DNA of 63,920 nt, counting the filler, from Atractiella rhizophila (Eukaryota), in NCBI GenBank assembly GCA_021432655.1. It is 5 parts of 5 records of this genome, joined end to end, with 100 filler letters (N's around TTAATTAATTAA, not from the genome) between each part and the next. Parts side by side here need not be neighbours in the genome. Positions count along the whole stretch, not along the records: positions 25,953 to 38,778 come from MU271999.1; positions 38,879 to 51,646 come from MU272000.1; 3 more parts are not named here. One strand, given 5' to 3'. This document shows positions 26,726-39,072 of the stretch, in pieces. Below the pieces are notes generated by a model that was given only the letters and a program-made list of their open reading frames with translations, searched no databases and was not told the DNA's origin. Within the stretch, counting starts at the first letter, position 1; every line of letters starts with the position of its first letter. The translations under genes and the position numbers were made by a program.

Positions 26726-28480
26726 ATGATGCTTTTAGGTCTTGTATCTGTGAAATGTTCTGCTCCAGCAGCTTACCCAGAAAGAGGTACATCAGTCCAC
26801 TTTGCATTCACTCGACGCGCTTTCAAGTTGTGGAAGACGAGACAGTCATCTTTTCAAATTTATGCTTCTTGTTCAGAAATCGATATCTTGTTCAGCATTC
26901 CACGGGACGAATCCTTTTATCCGTTTACTTTCCATTTTGATCCTAGCGAAAAGGAGGATACCATTTTGCACCTCTTGGTTGACCACGAATCTCGCAGTGT
27001 GGTCGCGGCGAACGCAGAATTAGACTGCAAGGATGTCGACAATGAACATGCATTACTAGTCACGGTTCTTTTTCAAGCAGCATGGGACAGTGATCCTTTC
27101 CGAGAAGTCCCTCCCGAGATTATGCATATGATATTCTCATCCATGATTGAGGCAGGCGACGTTGATGTGGAGCGACGTGGGAACTCTCATTTAGCTAGAT
27201 ATTTTCAACAAATCCGCCTCGTCAATACATATTTCGCCAAGACGGCGCTTCCTTCTCTGTGTCGACTGCTGGGAACAATGGACTACCTACCTCGAGGAAA
27301 GGTGTTTGGTACTCGCCGAGCTCAGGCGTCTAAAATCTCACCAGTGTCTCTGTTCAAACGATATCCAGATGCCTCGTCCCCCTATCTTAGAGAACTACTG
27401 ATCAGAGACTCAACGATCGAACACCCTGACGCCACTTGGTCAGTTCTAGCAGAGATGTTCAGAGTCTGCAAGAACCTGAAAATGGTTGTTTTGTTCCTCA
27501 AGCCTCCCACAAGGAGAAAAGTTCGAAGGCTGGTGCTGGAGCGCCTCCTTGCCCTTCCTCGTTTGACAGTACTGCAAATTACAAATGTCATGGACCACGA
27601 AAACAGTCGATGGGACACTGTCGATCTCGCCTTTCTGATGTCGAGGTGCTTCTATGTCGAAAGCCTTTCGATCTCAGGCTGGAACCTTCAAGGGTGCGCG
27701 GATTTCAGCGAGCGACAGTTGTTGAGGAAGCTGCGGTACCTCAACATTGCGGCCTGTCCGATTCACATTCAGATTCTCAAATCATTCTTGTCCTGTATCT
27801 GCCGTGGTATAATTCCCGTCCAGCGAAAGGCGACCTTTAGTTTACAATATAACAACTTTTGGCCTGATGCTGTCAGTCCAAACGAATTTATGCAACTCCT
27901 CAATGAACTTCGTCCCCATCTATTCGTCCTTTCTCTTCATATTCGACCAATGTCAAAATACCAAGAAGTGATGCCGATAGCAACCGCACACCTCGATTCA
28001 TACTTTTACTCATTTTACAGTAAGTAATCCATTATTAACTATGAACACATTATTCAAACGTCAATAGATCTACGCGAATTAGTCATAGATGGTGGCAGCG
28101 AAAGTTCCCAAGTCGTATCTGACCGCTTCCTCCTCGGTCTATCGACTCACCTTCCTCTCCTCGACTATCTCGACATCAGTTGGTGTGCGATTCAGACTGA
28201 AACCATTCCGGAATTCTTAGCAAAACAGGAAAAGTGTAATCCACAACGTGAAGATAAGATACACTTCTGCATCACACCGCTATTTGGAGACTTTTCTTGG
28301 ACAGCCGACAAGGTCTGTGAACAACTTCAAGGTGTGGACCCCGAAAGTGAGCCCTTGTCAGGAGAATTAGTGAGATGGGAAACGGCGGCGCCAGGGATCT
28401 TTCGATATGATGGAAGCTACTTCGAAGTTTATTGGAATGAAGGAGGAGATGAAGCGGTCCCAGATTTCAGATGGCGTTGA
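26726..28480 (+). CDS. F-box-like/LRR (RNI-like) protein; true start uncertain
   Basis: 433-aa ORF with FREVPPEIMHMIF and LRR-like repeats (CKNLKMVVL, LPRLTVLQI, LRKLRYLNI). Intron 28020-28067 continues in frame through LPLLDYLDISWC to a stop at 28480. Confidence 0.7.
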
Positions 28481-29034
28481 AAATTTTGGACCACGTAAGG
28501 CATGAAGTCTATTTACAATTTCTTATATTTCGTGTCTATCAATTGTAGGACATAAAACACAAATTTTCGTCGTTCAAATCATCGAGAAACATTCCAAGAA
28601 TTGCAGAAACAGAAAGAATCATTTCTTTTCGTCTGAGACATTTGAAACATCCAAAGCCCTTCAACACCGTTTCTTTCTTCTTTAACATCAACAAATAAAG
28701 ATAATTTAATCAAGACAGGGAATCGGTTCGATCCGCTAGAAAGAAAGCGAGATCTAAGAAGATGAGTGCTACGAATGGATATAAATCAAGAATTGAATGG
28801 TGAAGCGGAAGATGTTTGTCGATGGGAGAATACAAACAGATAATGTGGTGAACGGATGCTGAATGACGATAAAGACTGCTCTCGAGGTAACGAGAATCAG
28901 CCATACAGAAACAGTTTGAACGGAGAAACTGGGAGGAGTGCTACAAGAAGTTGATCGAAACAAGGTAATGAGACAATGAACAAATTGTAGACAAGAAAAA
29001 ATGCCTATAACACAAAAGAAAACCCTAAAACCTC

Positions 29035-29982
29035 TCAACGAAACACCACTCGAGGACCACCTCCCCCTCCCATCCCTCTCGGACGGTACTGAGCATCGAG
29101 GTCCTCACGCCCTCTTCTCATCGAGGCATCCCCCATCCCCCCGAGTCCGCCAAAGAACACTCCTCTGTCGTCGCGATAGACGCCAGGGTAAGGGTTCCTC
29201 CTAGCGAAGAATTCCTCGCCCACATCCGGGACCTCTGGATCACAAAGCCATTCCTCTGGCGGCGTAACGTAAGGCGGCGGAGCTCCAAATCCACGCTGGA
29301 GGGGCACGCGAGCCGTGCCTCCCATCATTGGGCGGGGAGGGACAGCCATGTTTCGACGTGGCATGAGGGGGTCGCGTACCATCCTCCCTTGTTGGAAGTG
29401 AGGAGGATAGCGCGGCGGTGCAGGTTGTTCCTTGTGAACTGGAGGGCGGATGGGGAGATCTTTGATGACGTTCAGTTTTGTGAGATAGACCTTGGCCTCT
29501 TCCTCGATCTTTGGCCAATAGGGTCCTAAAACATCGACGTCCTGAGAAAGCAGCCTTGCTTGGAGCAGGGTGTCAACTCGCTTCTCGTGTACGAAGCGAG
29601 TCAGGCGATCGATGGCGGCGAGGATCTCGGAGAGCGGTGGGAGTTTCGGAGGCGGCGAAGGAGGAGGGAGCGTCTTGAGTTCTAGCGGATGGGTCTTCTC
29701 GAGCGTTGAGCGAAGGGCGAGGATCTCAGTGAAGAGAGCGGTGATTCGTTGGTGCTCGCTATAGCGTAATGTGTAGCGGTGTCGGATCTCGTCAAGGATG
29801 AGGTTGCCGTAGAGATGCCTCCATTGATGGGACGTTAATCCCCTTCGTGAGACTCCTTGAGCGAGGAGGTCTCCAGAGATGAATCTCGCCCAGACATCAA
29901 GAGTGAGTCTGGGATTGGGAACACAGTAAGCCTTTGATTGCTTGAGGGAAGGATGAGAGGAGACTAACCCAGGGGTGAACAT
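29035..29982 (-). CDS. Hypothetical 315-aa single-exon protein with Pro/Gly-rich C-terminus
   Basis: Uninterrupted ATG-to-stop ORF, GC-rich relative to flanks. Confidence 0.65.
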   Translation of the reverse strand: MFTPGLVSSHPSLKQSKAYCVPNPRLTLDVWARFISGDLLAQGVSRRGLTSHQWRHLYGNLILDEIRHRYTLRYSEHQRITALFTEILALRSTLEKTHPLELKTLPPPSPPPKLPPLSEILAAIDRLTRFVHEKRVDTLLQARLLSQDVDVLGPYWPKIEEEAKVYLTKLNVIKDLPIRPPVHKEQPAPPRYPPHFQQGRMVRDPLMPRRNMAVPPRPMMGGTARVPLQRGFGAPPPYVTPPEEWLCDPEVPDVGEEFFARRNPYPGVYRDDRGVFFGGLGGMGDASMRRGREDLDAQYRPRGMGGGGGPRVVFR

Positions 29983-31483
29983 TGTGGTGAGGAAGTAAGC
30001 AGTTGACGTGAATTAATTTATGTTTGGCTTCGATCAGGTTTGTTTGGGAGGGAAGAAAAGAGCGACAGAGTCTACAAGGCCTTATATAATTCTCTAAGCC
30101 CTTGTGAGTTGTTGGTCGTCCAGCAAATGCGAGTAAGTCATTCGCTGATTCGTTTCCTTGACTCGCCTCCTTGCACTCTTATGATCGCAACTTTGTTTTA
30201 TTTTGAGTCAGGGTCGCGTAAATTCATTCTCTTATCCATCGCTGTAGCGACCAAACAACGACGTCACCAAAGGGAAAGGGCGGCTGCTTGTCCTTTGTGG
30301 TATGTTGGAGTCTTTTGACACTCCATGAAGTTTACCAGGCTGAAACGCGTGTGGAAGGCAGTGAGAAGAACACAGAACACGAACGCACGGAATCGGAAAC
30401 GCGATGCGCAGCATTCTTCCACTCACGTGCTGCCTATTGTTCCTTCATTCTTCATTGAGCCACGCATCGTCAACTCGCGGCTCGTTTGCGTAACGGAATT
30501 CGAGAAGGAAAGAAAGAAGCGAAAGGGCGAGGCACAAGAGTGGACTGCAGAAATAAATAGAATGACCGACGGTTAAATCTATAATGAAGAGGCACGATTT
30601 CAGGAGACGAACAGACCATCTTACATGGCACAGTCAGAAGCGGCAAGAACACCTGCCAGTCGTCCTCGTCATCCATACATGGAAAACGAGTGAACGAAGG
30701 AAGGAACCACTGCTCCATTCCCAGGCCGAGCCATGGAAATGTTTGAATAATTGGAATGGGGAAAAGGAGTCAGCTGGAGCTGATTCAGATTCTGGACACA
30801 TTGACAGTAACGAGTAAGAGCACACGTAGATCCGAGTTCTCCCTCGAGTGGCTAGTCTGGCGTTCAACGTTCAATGTTCACCATTCCATGGTTGCAATTT
30901 CTGGTCCCGGTTACTGCCATATTCTGGCCATACATGGAGAGAAAAGGAAAAGGTGGGATTTGATACCACAACAAGTTACACGCGTTTAGGCATCTGAAAA
31001 CAACACACCAATCGCGTCGGTTGCACTGTTATCGATGTGACCAACTTTGACAATTTGTTCTGGATATACGCCGCGTAGGAGCTATCTCGTCAAAGAAGGC
31101 GTTGATCTTTGAGCGCCAGTGGGTTACAGAGCATGCTCTCGAACCATTAAGAGTATTGTAAGCCCTAAATTATTCTCGAACCGCCTTTCGTAATCGTCCG
31201 TTCAGAGATTAAGAATGGAAGAGGCACCTTTCGTTTCCCAGCCATCACCATCCGTCAGCACTTTGATCCACCGTTCCACCGTGCCCTGCCCCCCCTGCAT
31301 CTCTCTGCTCCATCCATACACCTGCATCCTGCGTCTCTTTATACTTTGCTTCATGGCATGGGTACGTTCAAATGATGTTATCACATCACATTCCTTCCGG
31401 AACTGTTGAGCCTTCGAACCAACACCCGCCAACCTTCCCAGCAAACCAGCAAAACAGCAAACTTGCACATTCAGTCTGAGACC

Positions 31484-32408
31484 ATGTTGCGTCTATCTCG
31501 ATCCTCTCCCATCCTCTTACGGGGGGTCCAACTCCAAGTGCGGCACTCGACTCTTCCCAGCGCTACGGCCTCGCCTTCCTACGACCACAACCCGCTCACG
31601 CTCGACGCAGCCATCAAGCAAGGAGAGGGCGGCAAGGTCCGTCCTGCTCCTCGTACTGGCGGAGTGGCGTCGGAGGGAGAGGGTGCGGGAGAGGTGGTGT
31701 CGGATGAAGATACGAGGGTCAGAGCGGCGGATGAGGCTTTGGCTGCTGGTGTCGTCAATGGAGTCCCTCGTGCGTTGTTGTCTTCTCTTCCTCTCCTTTC
31801 CGTGACATTGATGATTTGTGGTGTGTAGCGGAAATGTTCCACCGACCCGTTCGCATTTATAGGCCGACCAAGAATGCGATGCAGAGCGCGAAGGGAGACG
31901 GACAGCATTGGAGGTTGGATTGGGATCGGTTGAGCGGGAGCGGGAGTTGGGAGAACCCATTGATGGGATGGAGTAGTTCGTGCGTTTTCCCTCCTTCCCC
32001 TTCTTCCGCTACTCCTACTCCATTATCTCCCTGGTTCTTTTGGCTATATATAATGGCTTGACGCAATTCTTTTGGGTTTAGAGCGGACTACATGCAAGGT
32101 CTGTAACCTACTGCTACTCCCCCTTCCTCTTCTTCAGACGTCATGGAAGGCTGACAGTCTGGCAGGCACGCGGCTGAAATTTGCCACGAAGGACGCAGCC
32201 ATCGCTTTCTGCGAGAGGCAGGGATGGGATTATTATGTCCAGCAGACCTTTGTGAAAGAGTTGGGACCTAAAAGTTACTCCGAGTACGTCTCTTTTCACC
32301 TTCTCCCTCCTGTTTCCCCACGGGATGCAGATTGCTTATTGATTTTGTGGAATGGACAGTAACTTCAAACATGTCCCTGGAGAGCTGAGGAAGATACCTA
32401 CCAAGTAG
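31484..32408 (+). CDS. NDUFS4: Mitochondrial complex I subunit NDUFS4 (NUYM), 5 exons: 31484-31769, 31829-31979, 32082-32098, 32166-32283, 32360-32408
   Basis: Spliced product has [54 protein letters not shown] and PKSYSDNF, plus an N-terminal presequence-like MLRLSRSS. Confidence 0.95.
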
Positions 32409-32723
32409 CATGTACATATACTTATTTCATTGAAGGTTTAGAGGAGGAGAATGGAGTCTTTCAAATGGTCACCAACTATGCTGCCTGTGCACCATTGAGA
32501 GGATACTCGCCTATGGATATCAAAACAAAATGTCACACCCTTAAGATGTAGAAGCAATGTCCTCATAAATTGACTCAAACCAACAGCAGAAGATTCTCTT
32601 CGCTGGTTCGCATTTTGTACCTTTCCTGCGGAGTTGTGCTCTCACAACATTTAAATCGACGGTCGCCAACAACTCCACACTTCACATCAATACATCCCTC
32701 CTTCTAAAAAGGAGGAGAAGTAC

Positions 32724-34028
32724 ATGCCAGACTTTTCCGCGTCCTCCCTCCTGCTCGCCTTCCTCGTCTCCTTCCTGCTCACAGGCGCCATGGGATTCTT
32801 CACTTCAGATCGAAAACGTTTCGACCCATCCGGCAAACACTGTTACGTCGTTGGCGCTTCTCAAGGGTTGGGACTCGGACTGGCGAAGAAGTTGGCTGGT
32901 ATGGGAGCGAGCGTTACTATCGTGTCGAGGAATAGGGCGAAGATTGATGACGCGTTAGGAGAGGTTGAGGTGCGTTTCCTTCCTTACACGTTTCCTTCAC
33001 CTGTTTCCTTCAACTTTTTTAATGCGAGCTGATGAGAGGAATGGAGTAGAAATGTAGAGTGAACGACTCCCAGAAGTTCACCGCGCTCGCTTATGACGTT
33101 TCCGACCCTCAAGAAGCAGTCAAGGCGTTCGATGATGTGGAGGGGGTCTTTGGAAGTACGCCGGACTATGTCTTCTGCACGGCGGGGGTCAGTGTCCCGA
33201 AGTTCTTTGCGGATTCGAGCAAGGAGGAGTTGGAGATGCATTTCAAGACAAACACCTTCACCGCTCTATGGACCGCCCATGTATGCCCTATGTCCTTTCT
33301 CTCTCCGTCCTTGTTCGTTCCTGTTTAGGTGTCTATGGCACACCATTTGTTCGTCATGTTGATTGATTGGTGGGAGGATAGGAAGCGATTAGACGGTGGG
33401 TAGCGCAGAAGAAAGAGGGCAAGATCATGTTCACGGCCTCCGTCGTCGCTTTGAATCCCTTCGCCGGTTACGCAGCTTATGCGCCTACGAAATACGCGAT
33501 TCGAGGTACGTCTCTTGATTCAGGGACGAAAGCGACTGAAAGGAATGGAAAGGTCTCTGCGACACCCTCCGCCACGAGCTCAAGATCTACTCTCCTCCAA
33601 TAACCGCCCACTGCTATTTCGCAGGCACCATCCTCGGTCCTTCCTTCGAAGAAGAGAAGAAAGTCCGACCACCCCTCGTCGCCAAAGTCGAAGGTCCAGA
33701 CAGCGGGCTGACGGCTGATCAGTGTGCAGAGATGGTAGTGAGAGGTATGGAGAAAGGACACACGTACATCACGGACTCGGCCATCCCAGGCGAGTTGTTT
33801 AGGAACAGTCAGGGCGGGTTGACCCCTCGGAACAACTTTGTGCTTGATACGCTTTGGGGCATCGCAGCTTGGGTTCGTCCTTTCCTGTTCTTCTTCCTCG
33901 GTCCATTTTGTGACGACATATAGATCGCTTTCCCCATTTGGAGATACTTCATTGACCAGGATGCCATCGCGGAAGGAAAGAAGATGCGTGCTGCTGCTGC
34001 TTCTGGATCCAGCTCTGTCGCCAAATGA
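32724..34028 (+). CDS. TSC10: 3-ketodihydrosphingosine reductase (SDR family), multi-exon
   Basis: N-terminal TM segment, GASQGLGLGLA Rossmann motif, PDYVFCTAG, catalytic YAPTKYAIRG, DTLRHEL, FAGTILGPSFEEEKKVRP. Confidence 0.9.
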
Positions 34029-34592
34029 TGCTTCATTCTCACTTCGCTGTTCTTTGCTTTGGTTCGCCTTCAGAGAAAAGTATACTATTTATGGTTATCG
34101 TTTAATTGAGACGTCAGCTCGTCTTCAGCAAACAATTTATTTAGGTGCTTAGGTGATATGGGTCCTTTGCCTGATTCTGAATCTTTAGATCTTGATACTC
34201 CTCCTCGGATAAGTAAGCGAGAAAAACTACCGTAAGACACAGGTTCTGCAACCATTCATGGCTTCAGGTCCAAAAAGTTGTTGTAAAAAAACCGAGTGAT
34301 TCCAGCCACAACACTCTTCCTCGCCGTTCAGAACGTGATAGTTCGGACAATTCTTGCCGCGTTCGAGATCTTGATATCACTGTGATAGCCATCAAGACGT
34401 AGGTCTACAGAAGCAGAACTGAAGCGGCTGATCTCTTAGTTTCTCTAAGCTGACAGTGTCGGTCCGTGCACGTCTACCTCTGATCAGCAGCGTCTTTTGT
34501 TGTATTGTTGTGCTGAGGCGGGTCAGTTAAATATTCTATTAACATTGTCAACATCAAAGGGAGCAATCTGCGGCTTGCTCAACGTCGTGGCC

Positions 34593-34617
34593 NNNNNNNN
34601 NNNNNNNNNNNNNNNNN
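34593..34617. other. 25-N gap bordering a mis-oriented patch
   Basis: 25 Ns. Confidence 0.95.
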
Positions 34618-35798
34618 TATGAACGCGTTACATTGGTTTTATTTCCGCCTCATTGAGAACGGACAGAAAGTGTAGGCTAAACACCGGTTTGTTTCAGTTT
34701 TACAACCTCCGTATCCGCATTCTGCAGGGATCGCTATACGCCCGCGAGAGCTATAACTCGTTTTCGACACGCGTCAGGCCTCTTCCTAGTACTGCGATTT
34801 AAGACAACGAACGACCTGTCCTCTGACGGTTAGGTTTCGTTCACTCTTTCGAACTTCGACGTTACAAGACTGACGACGCACAGCGACCGCCGGCTGTCAC
34901 GCTATTAGCAGTTGGCCCTTCAGTAGACGCCCTCTGTTTCTATAACCCCGTTGTCAGGGGTCCTTAAGCCTTACACCGCTTTTAACCCGACGCTATGGCT
35001 TCGTTATGCGTTCCTCTAAACATTGCGTCGGCAATTTTCGAAGTCCGAAGTCAAACTCCAGCAGTATTCAACACTTGGGTGCCAGGAAGTAAACGAGCTA
35101 GTCGAGTCGCAGTTTCTATAAGCAACGCGGAAGTGCTAGTCGTTCAAGATTTTCTACGACAGGTTGACGCGCTCGAGCGACTTCGCAGTTATCAACTAAT
35201 GACCAGCACCTTCCTCGCTCTCACTACACTACGCTAGCAAATGAAACGAGACTGCTTCAACGTTGAAAGGGAAACGCTGCTTAGAAAACAACGCTAAAAG
35301 CAAAAAAACCAACAGCGTACTACAGGAACTGATTTAGCCGACTTGAACTTATTGATAGAACTTCGAACAGCCAAACGGTGGGATCGTGTTTTATTGTCTG
35401 AGTCTGAAGTATAAAAACCGGCAATAACCCGGTCAAATGCGTGGGAAAGGCGGAGAAGGTCTCTTGACCAGCTATCCTCACGAGTGTAGACTAGTTTGTA
35501 AGTCTTCAGTATATAAACTCGACTTTGTGCCAAGCAACAGTAGATCCGTCGCATATGTACGGTGGCTACTCAGGAGAGCTTTCGTTACTTTTAGTACGAA
35601 GACTGTGGCAACTGTAAACCTTCCGTAACAGAGACTTTACTATGACGCGGTTGGTGGCGAATTAGCCTGAGAGAAGGCATACCTACAACACCACCTACAC
35701 TTGATGGGGAAGAACGTCAGAAAAATAAGGATCCCTTATTATACGGAGTCCGGTGCTGCAACTCGTTCGGCGTCTAACGAGGGAAACTACAACTGTTA
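34618..35798. other. Segment written in reverse order without complementation (probable assembly artefact)
   Basis: 35798->35750 read backwards is identical to 34544-34592 (49/49 nt). Backwards reading gives a long ORF and normal splice sites. Confidence 0.95.
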
Positions 35799-37097
35799 GT
35801 CATTCTTAGGAACCCCTTTCCTTTTCTAAGGCTATTTGCTGTTGACAGATCGACAACCACTTGAATTTTCAAACTGGAGCTTTGCTATTGTAAGTTTGTC
35901 GATGCTCTGGCAGTCTAGCACATAATCAGTTTGTGTCAGAACAAACCAGCATTACCGCAAGTATTACCAACACTCGACATTCGAATATGAAATACTCCTC
36001 CATCCTCGCTTCATGCTCGACGTGCCTATCGAGGGAGATGGATCAGCAGCATCGGAACGAAAACTCATTGCGTGTACGGAGTGCATACACAGAAACTTGT
36101 GTTTGTTGGGTCAGTCCCCCTGTTTCATTTCTCTGAACAAAAAGGAGGATTCATGGCCGTGGGCAGGAAGTATTCTCCGTGAGGGTGACGAACCATCGAC
36201 GGAGCTTCTTCTACTCGAGATTTCTGACTCCTTAGACTTTCTCAAACGCTGGCGCGAAACATATCTGGCATTTGCACCCAAATTTGTTGCCCAAACCGAT
36301 ACACAACCTTTGCTTTCCGCTCAACAGGTGAACCAGAAAATAGCACTGCTACGTATATGATCCTCACGCTTTACTTTAAGGCGGCCGCACGTTGGTTGAA
36401 ACGTCTTGAAGAAGCGGCACAACTCTTCCCTGGAAACAGAATACTGAACGAGCTTCAGAAGCAAGTGCAGCCTCGTCGCGACGCTATTATCAGTGGTGTT
36501 TTGACGTACGCTTCCGCCATCACCGTCATCAAATGGGTCTCGAAGAATAACACTCTGCTTGCTCCAAACCACGAACAAACGGCACTGAACGCCGTATGTT
36601 CGCCAATTCCATTCAGGAGTCTGACCGAAATTATGGACAGATATATGAACTACCTGGTGGATTCAGAAATGTCGCACATTATATGGGAAGGCATCCTGAA
36701 ATGGCGCCTTACGTCGCAATGTAAGTCTATACTAAACTGACTCCCTACAACTGCTCAAGCTAGTTGCAGGGTAGTTCGACAGATGAAATTTCTCAGCTGG
36801 AGGTGGTTCTCATGTGTGGAAGCTCTTGAAGCTTTCGAGGATGAGCTCAGTCGAATAGAGCTAGTAAGCTGCTCTTCCTTCAAAGATAGGACTAAAAGCC
36901 ACCACCAGGCAAAAGCAGCGGTTAACGGAAGCGAATACGGCGCACCTTCGCCCAAGTTGGAAAACTTTGATGAAACCCTTCGTGCATTCAGTGAAGGAGG
37001 TGGTCAATTTGCTGCGAATGAAGAGACCGATAAAGAGGCCACATTGAGTGATTTCCTCCTCGAGCTTTTCGCCATTTACAATCCTCATACAATGTAA
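34618..37097 (+). CDS. Zn(II)2Cys6 fungal transcription-factor-like gene; 5' half lies in the reversed patch, 3' exons in 35849-37097
   Basis: Reading backwards from 35627 gives MPSKCQRCQKHDFHCFREDSSVACIRCLDDNEPC (Cx2Cx6Cx8Cx2Cx6C) and then a PKKRK-containing ORF. The restored junction makes donor GTATGT, spliced to exons 35849-35889 and 35940 onward (ORFs 36013, 36357, 36783). Confidence 0.82.
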
Positions 37098-38198
37098 ACA
37101 ATGTTTAAATTCACTTGGAAATTTCCCAACCAGTTCTGAATCTCACTGGAGAAAAATATTGTTTGCACGACCTTCATGCACAACTCTCCCCATCGAAAGT
37201 TACAAGTGACGCACCTTCAGCTCAACTAACAAATAACCCACTTCCATCATAATACTGCATGAAGTTGCGAGCCCCAGGTTTTGCAAAAGACGCGTTCAGT
37301 TCGGGGACCAATCTGGCCGAGATCAACAACAGGGATGGGACGCGACTTCCGCTTTTGTCTCTGCCAAACATGTCGACAGTTGTTCCAACGTGGTCGTAGA
37401 GATGGTAGAATTGGGCTGTTTGGATGATGAGGTTCGTGCAGGTTCGAGTTGCTAGAAGATTGGGAAGAATGAAGCGAGATGTGTGAGTTCCTGCTTCCCA
37501 AATTGATCAAGAGTGCGGGAGATGGTGTTCGCTGATTGGAGCTTTATATATAACGCTCATGTGCCTTGGCTCTGTTCGATGGTTTGCTGTACTGTCAGTA
37601 CGACAGCTCAATTTTTGCGTGTCGTCTTCCGAATTGCCTCGCATGACTACTATCCTGGTGATGAATGGTTTGCTTTCTCATTATTACAAATTGTTGGCAT
37701 TACATGGAAGCAATTGATGATGTAAAGTTTCAAAGACAGGTTTCCCTCCGCCGGCCTGCTTTATGTACTTGCCAGATCAGTGCGGTTTAAAATGTTGACC
37801 AGTTTCATGATAGCGTAAATCCACAGTCCGCAAATGATTTTCGTAATGTTTCCCTTTCGGTTTAGGTTATACCCACAGGATCGTAAAACATAGTAGCGTT
37901 TCAGTGACCTTCCTCAAAAGGCATGGAGTATTCATCTCACCTACCCCGTACTTAAAGAAGTTGTTCAATGTTTTTGGTCTACTTATGAGATAAGGAGACC
38001 GTGAGATGAGAAGAAGCTAAAGAGAGCTGCTTTCCATCACAAAAGGTTCATTGCAGGTTCTTATATGTTTGCACACTTAGCCAGATTTGCATAGGTTTCC
38101 GCGACCTCGCCCTCGACGAACTACAAAAGTACAGCACTCGTTTCGTTGATCACTTTCCCCCCTATGCTCTAAACATCAGTTACCTCAGGAACGTAGCA

Positions 38199-38778
38199 AT
38201 GGAATCTTGGCCCGAATTACTACAAACTGTCGCAAAACAACAGGAACTTACCAAGGTCCAGCTCCACAATCTTCCGTGGAATGGTTTTTACTTGATGGAC
38301 ATGTTGAAATCTGTTTCTTCGTGCGGACTTGCGTCCTTGCGACTTTTCTTTGGGAGGCAGCAAGCCGATTTATCTCTGCAGCAAATACTCAATGTGATGT
38401 CACGCAGAGTTGAATGCAGCACTATATCTGGGCTGATTCCTTCGGCGGTACATCCTTTCGTGGGGCCAAAGTGCTCGCTTCCAACTAACGAAAATCTTGC
38501 TTTGCTTCAGTGTCACCTTTGTGACGAAGACTTGTATGGTTTCGGAGGACCAAAAACCTGGTCAACTGCACACTTAAGCCATGTCAAGACACTGAGGTTC
38601 AGTTCATTTCTTCATCCCCTACTAACCGCTGATGGCTTTTGTCACCTCTTGAAGAATATTGCCCCTCGCCATCTCTGCTGTGCTTTTCAGGATAGCTACA
38701 TTCAACATCGACAACAGTTGTCCGACAGTGACAATGGTGACATCCGAGAACAGCTTGCAGACAGTGAGGATGATGACA
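38199..38778 (+). CDS. Hypothetical LRR-like protein, partial (runs into gap)
   Basis: About 190 open codons with LxxLxL-type segments (LTKVQLHNL, LASLRLFF, VKTLRFSS). Confidence 0.45.
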
Positions 38779-38878
38779 NNNNNNNNNNNNNNNNNNNNNN
38801 NNNNNNNNNNNNNNNNNNNNNNTTAATTAATTAANNNNNNNNNNNNNNNNNNNNNNNNNNNNNNNNNNNNNNNNNNNN
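38779..38878. other. Artificial 100-bp contig join
   Basis: N run with TTAATTAATTAA. Confidence 0.97.
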
Positions 38879-39072
38879 GTGGACTTTGTCGTACATTTTT
38901 GCGACTTCTGCGCATCTTTGTCTCCAGGAGGGAAAACGCAATTTCGGGAATGGGGAGTCTTGTTCAGATGGGGGGAATACCGTGCTGGGCGGCATTTTGT
39001 TGGAAGTGATTTTAGATGACATAAATGAATTGCAAGTCGGCGATGGGGACACTTCTTCCACCCACCGCCGTC

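Noticed and set aside
31484..34028. NDUFS4-TSC10 adjacency as a functional cluster
   Set aside because: Unrelated housekeeping pathways; normal gene density
34995..35845. Plus frame interrupted mostly by TAA/TAG, suggesting RIP or a TAR=Gln code
   Set aside because: Explained by the reversed patch. ORF-track entries inside 34618-35798 are meaningless.
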